The notes under the pieces were generated by a model. That model worked only from the letters and a program-made list of their open reading frames with translations, was not told the origin of the DNA and did no database searches. Below, one piece after another: positions 32,114 to 33,228 of a DNA stretch of 33,228 bases. Position numbers and translations under genes: made by a program. Each line of letters starts with the position of its first letter. The stretch's first letter is position 1. The stretch is from Saprolegnia diclina VS20 (Eukaryota). Location of the stretch: the NCBI RefSeq assembly GCF_000281045.1, contig NW_008246092.1, positions 99,084 to 132,311 on the forward strand. The letters are read 5' to 3'.

Positions 32114-32346
32114 AGCCCACGCCTCAAGCGAGCGCTAACCTGAGCGCTAATCAATGGATAGCGGAGGATAATCCGAAGGTTTGCATTTCTGAAATGGCAA
32201 ACCTTCGGATTATCCTCCGCTATTCAATGATTAGCGCTCAGGTTAGCGCTCCTGCTTGAGGCGTGGCTGCGGACCGCTAGGAGGAGCGCTGGCCATTGAA
32301 TAGCAACGGATAACCGCTATCCAGTGGTTTGCGCTCCTGCTCGAGG
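32114..32346. repeat. Long palindrome (32114-32268, centre 32190) plus a second related hairpin (32283-32337); foldback/MITE-like
   Basis: Arms of about 76 bp pair with a few mismatches and small indels around a 1-nt centre. The second hairpin reuses the same GAGCGC..CATTGAATAGC module. Confidence 0.9.
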
Positions 32347-33228
32347 GATATCCGTGGACTAACAGCAAGGCGCAAACGCTACGCGTAATGTAGCTCGGGG
32401 GCAAGACGGAGCTCCTGGTCACGGCACTTCTTCTCCACAGCGCTCACTGCCACTACTCCACGTCTCTTCCTGGTGCTAAGATCCAAGCCGCTTTAGTGCT
32501 TAGCGCGGCACGGTGCGCATTATTAGTCAAGACAGTTGCGGTCATGGCTAGTTTCCGTTGGGTTTGCACGTGGGCGCTCGCGTTTAAGCCACGAAAACAC
32601 GATGTTATTGCATTATCTGGCACTACGCTACATGGCAGCGGTATGAGCCTTCTCCACTGCGGTGTATGGGTAGGCGACGGAGCCGTGGCGCACGCGGCGC
32701 TTGAGCTCCTTCTGCGCAGGCGCCATCATCGGCGCGTTTCCGACGCTCACGCCGGACGAACGTGTCCCCGAGCCAAACGTCTTCGTATCTCTTGCGGTTC
32801 TTGACCACCTAGCTACTAGCAGCGATCCACCTGTACCTAGAGGATGGTGTCGATGCGGCACACGATGAGCGCATTGCCGGCGTGCATGCTCGCGCTCATC
32901 CCACTGCCATCGCTCGTCGATCGTCTGACGCCGGCCGCCCAGCGCTGCGCCAGGCAATGGTCGCTCGAGGCCTTCGACAGCCTTGCGCACGTGTTGCTGC
33001 TATCGGTACTGTTGCACGAAGGTGGTCTCGACGAAGCGCCGGGTGTGCGCAGCCGGGTGCTGTACGCCATAGTCGGGTACGGGAGGCGTGCCGCAGAGGG
33101 GCCGTGGGCGCCACGGACCAGTCTGCACCTGCAAGGGATCGACCGTCAGCGCGCGCGCGGCGCGGCGGCCTACATCGTGTCGACATGGTTGATGCGCGCC
33201 CCTCGAGTCCGAGGACGCACGCCGGCGC

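Overview
Gene-dense, GC-rich eukaryotic DNA. The ~41-58 nt GT-AG introns, oomycete-type INR and CCAAT promoter motifs and gene content suggest an oomycete, probably Saprolegniales (inference). By hand-splicing I find 15 protein-coding genes: MAM33/p32, a Brahma/Snf2 remodeller, a Ppg1/PP4-like phosphatase, a small membrane protein, histidinol dehydrogenase, a head-to-head pair of SulP/SLC26 transporters, a Myb-like protein, an NDUFA7-like subunit, an RRM protein, an FN3/coiled-coil protein, a cytosolic carboxypeptidase, an NDUFAF4-like protein, a two-repeat K+ channel and an LRR protein. I found no rRNA, tRNA, CRISPR array or transposase. The most notable items are four. (1) A ~1001-aa channel with two complete 6TM Kv repeats, both carrying TVGYGD filters and sharing intron positions. 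(2) A one-strand array of C(GNA/GNNA)G mini-hairpins at 1121-1386 with Helitron-like ends. (3) A 155-bp near-perfect palindrome plus a second related hairpin at 32114-32346. (4) A PP2A-family phosphatase that has lost the inhibitor-loop Cys and the C-terminal methylatable Leu. All family assignments come from motif recognition, not database searches.
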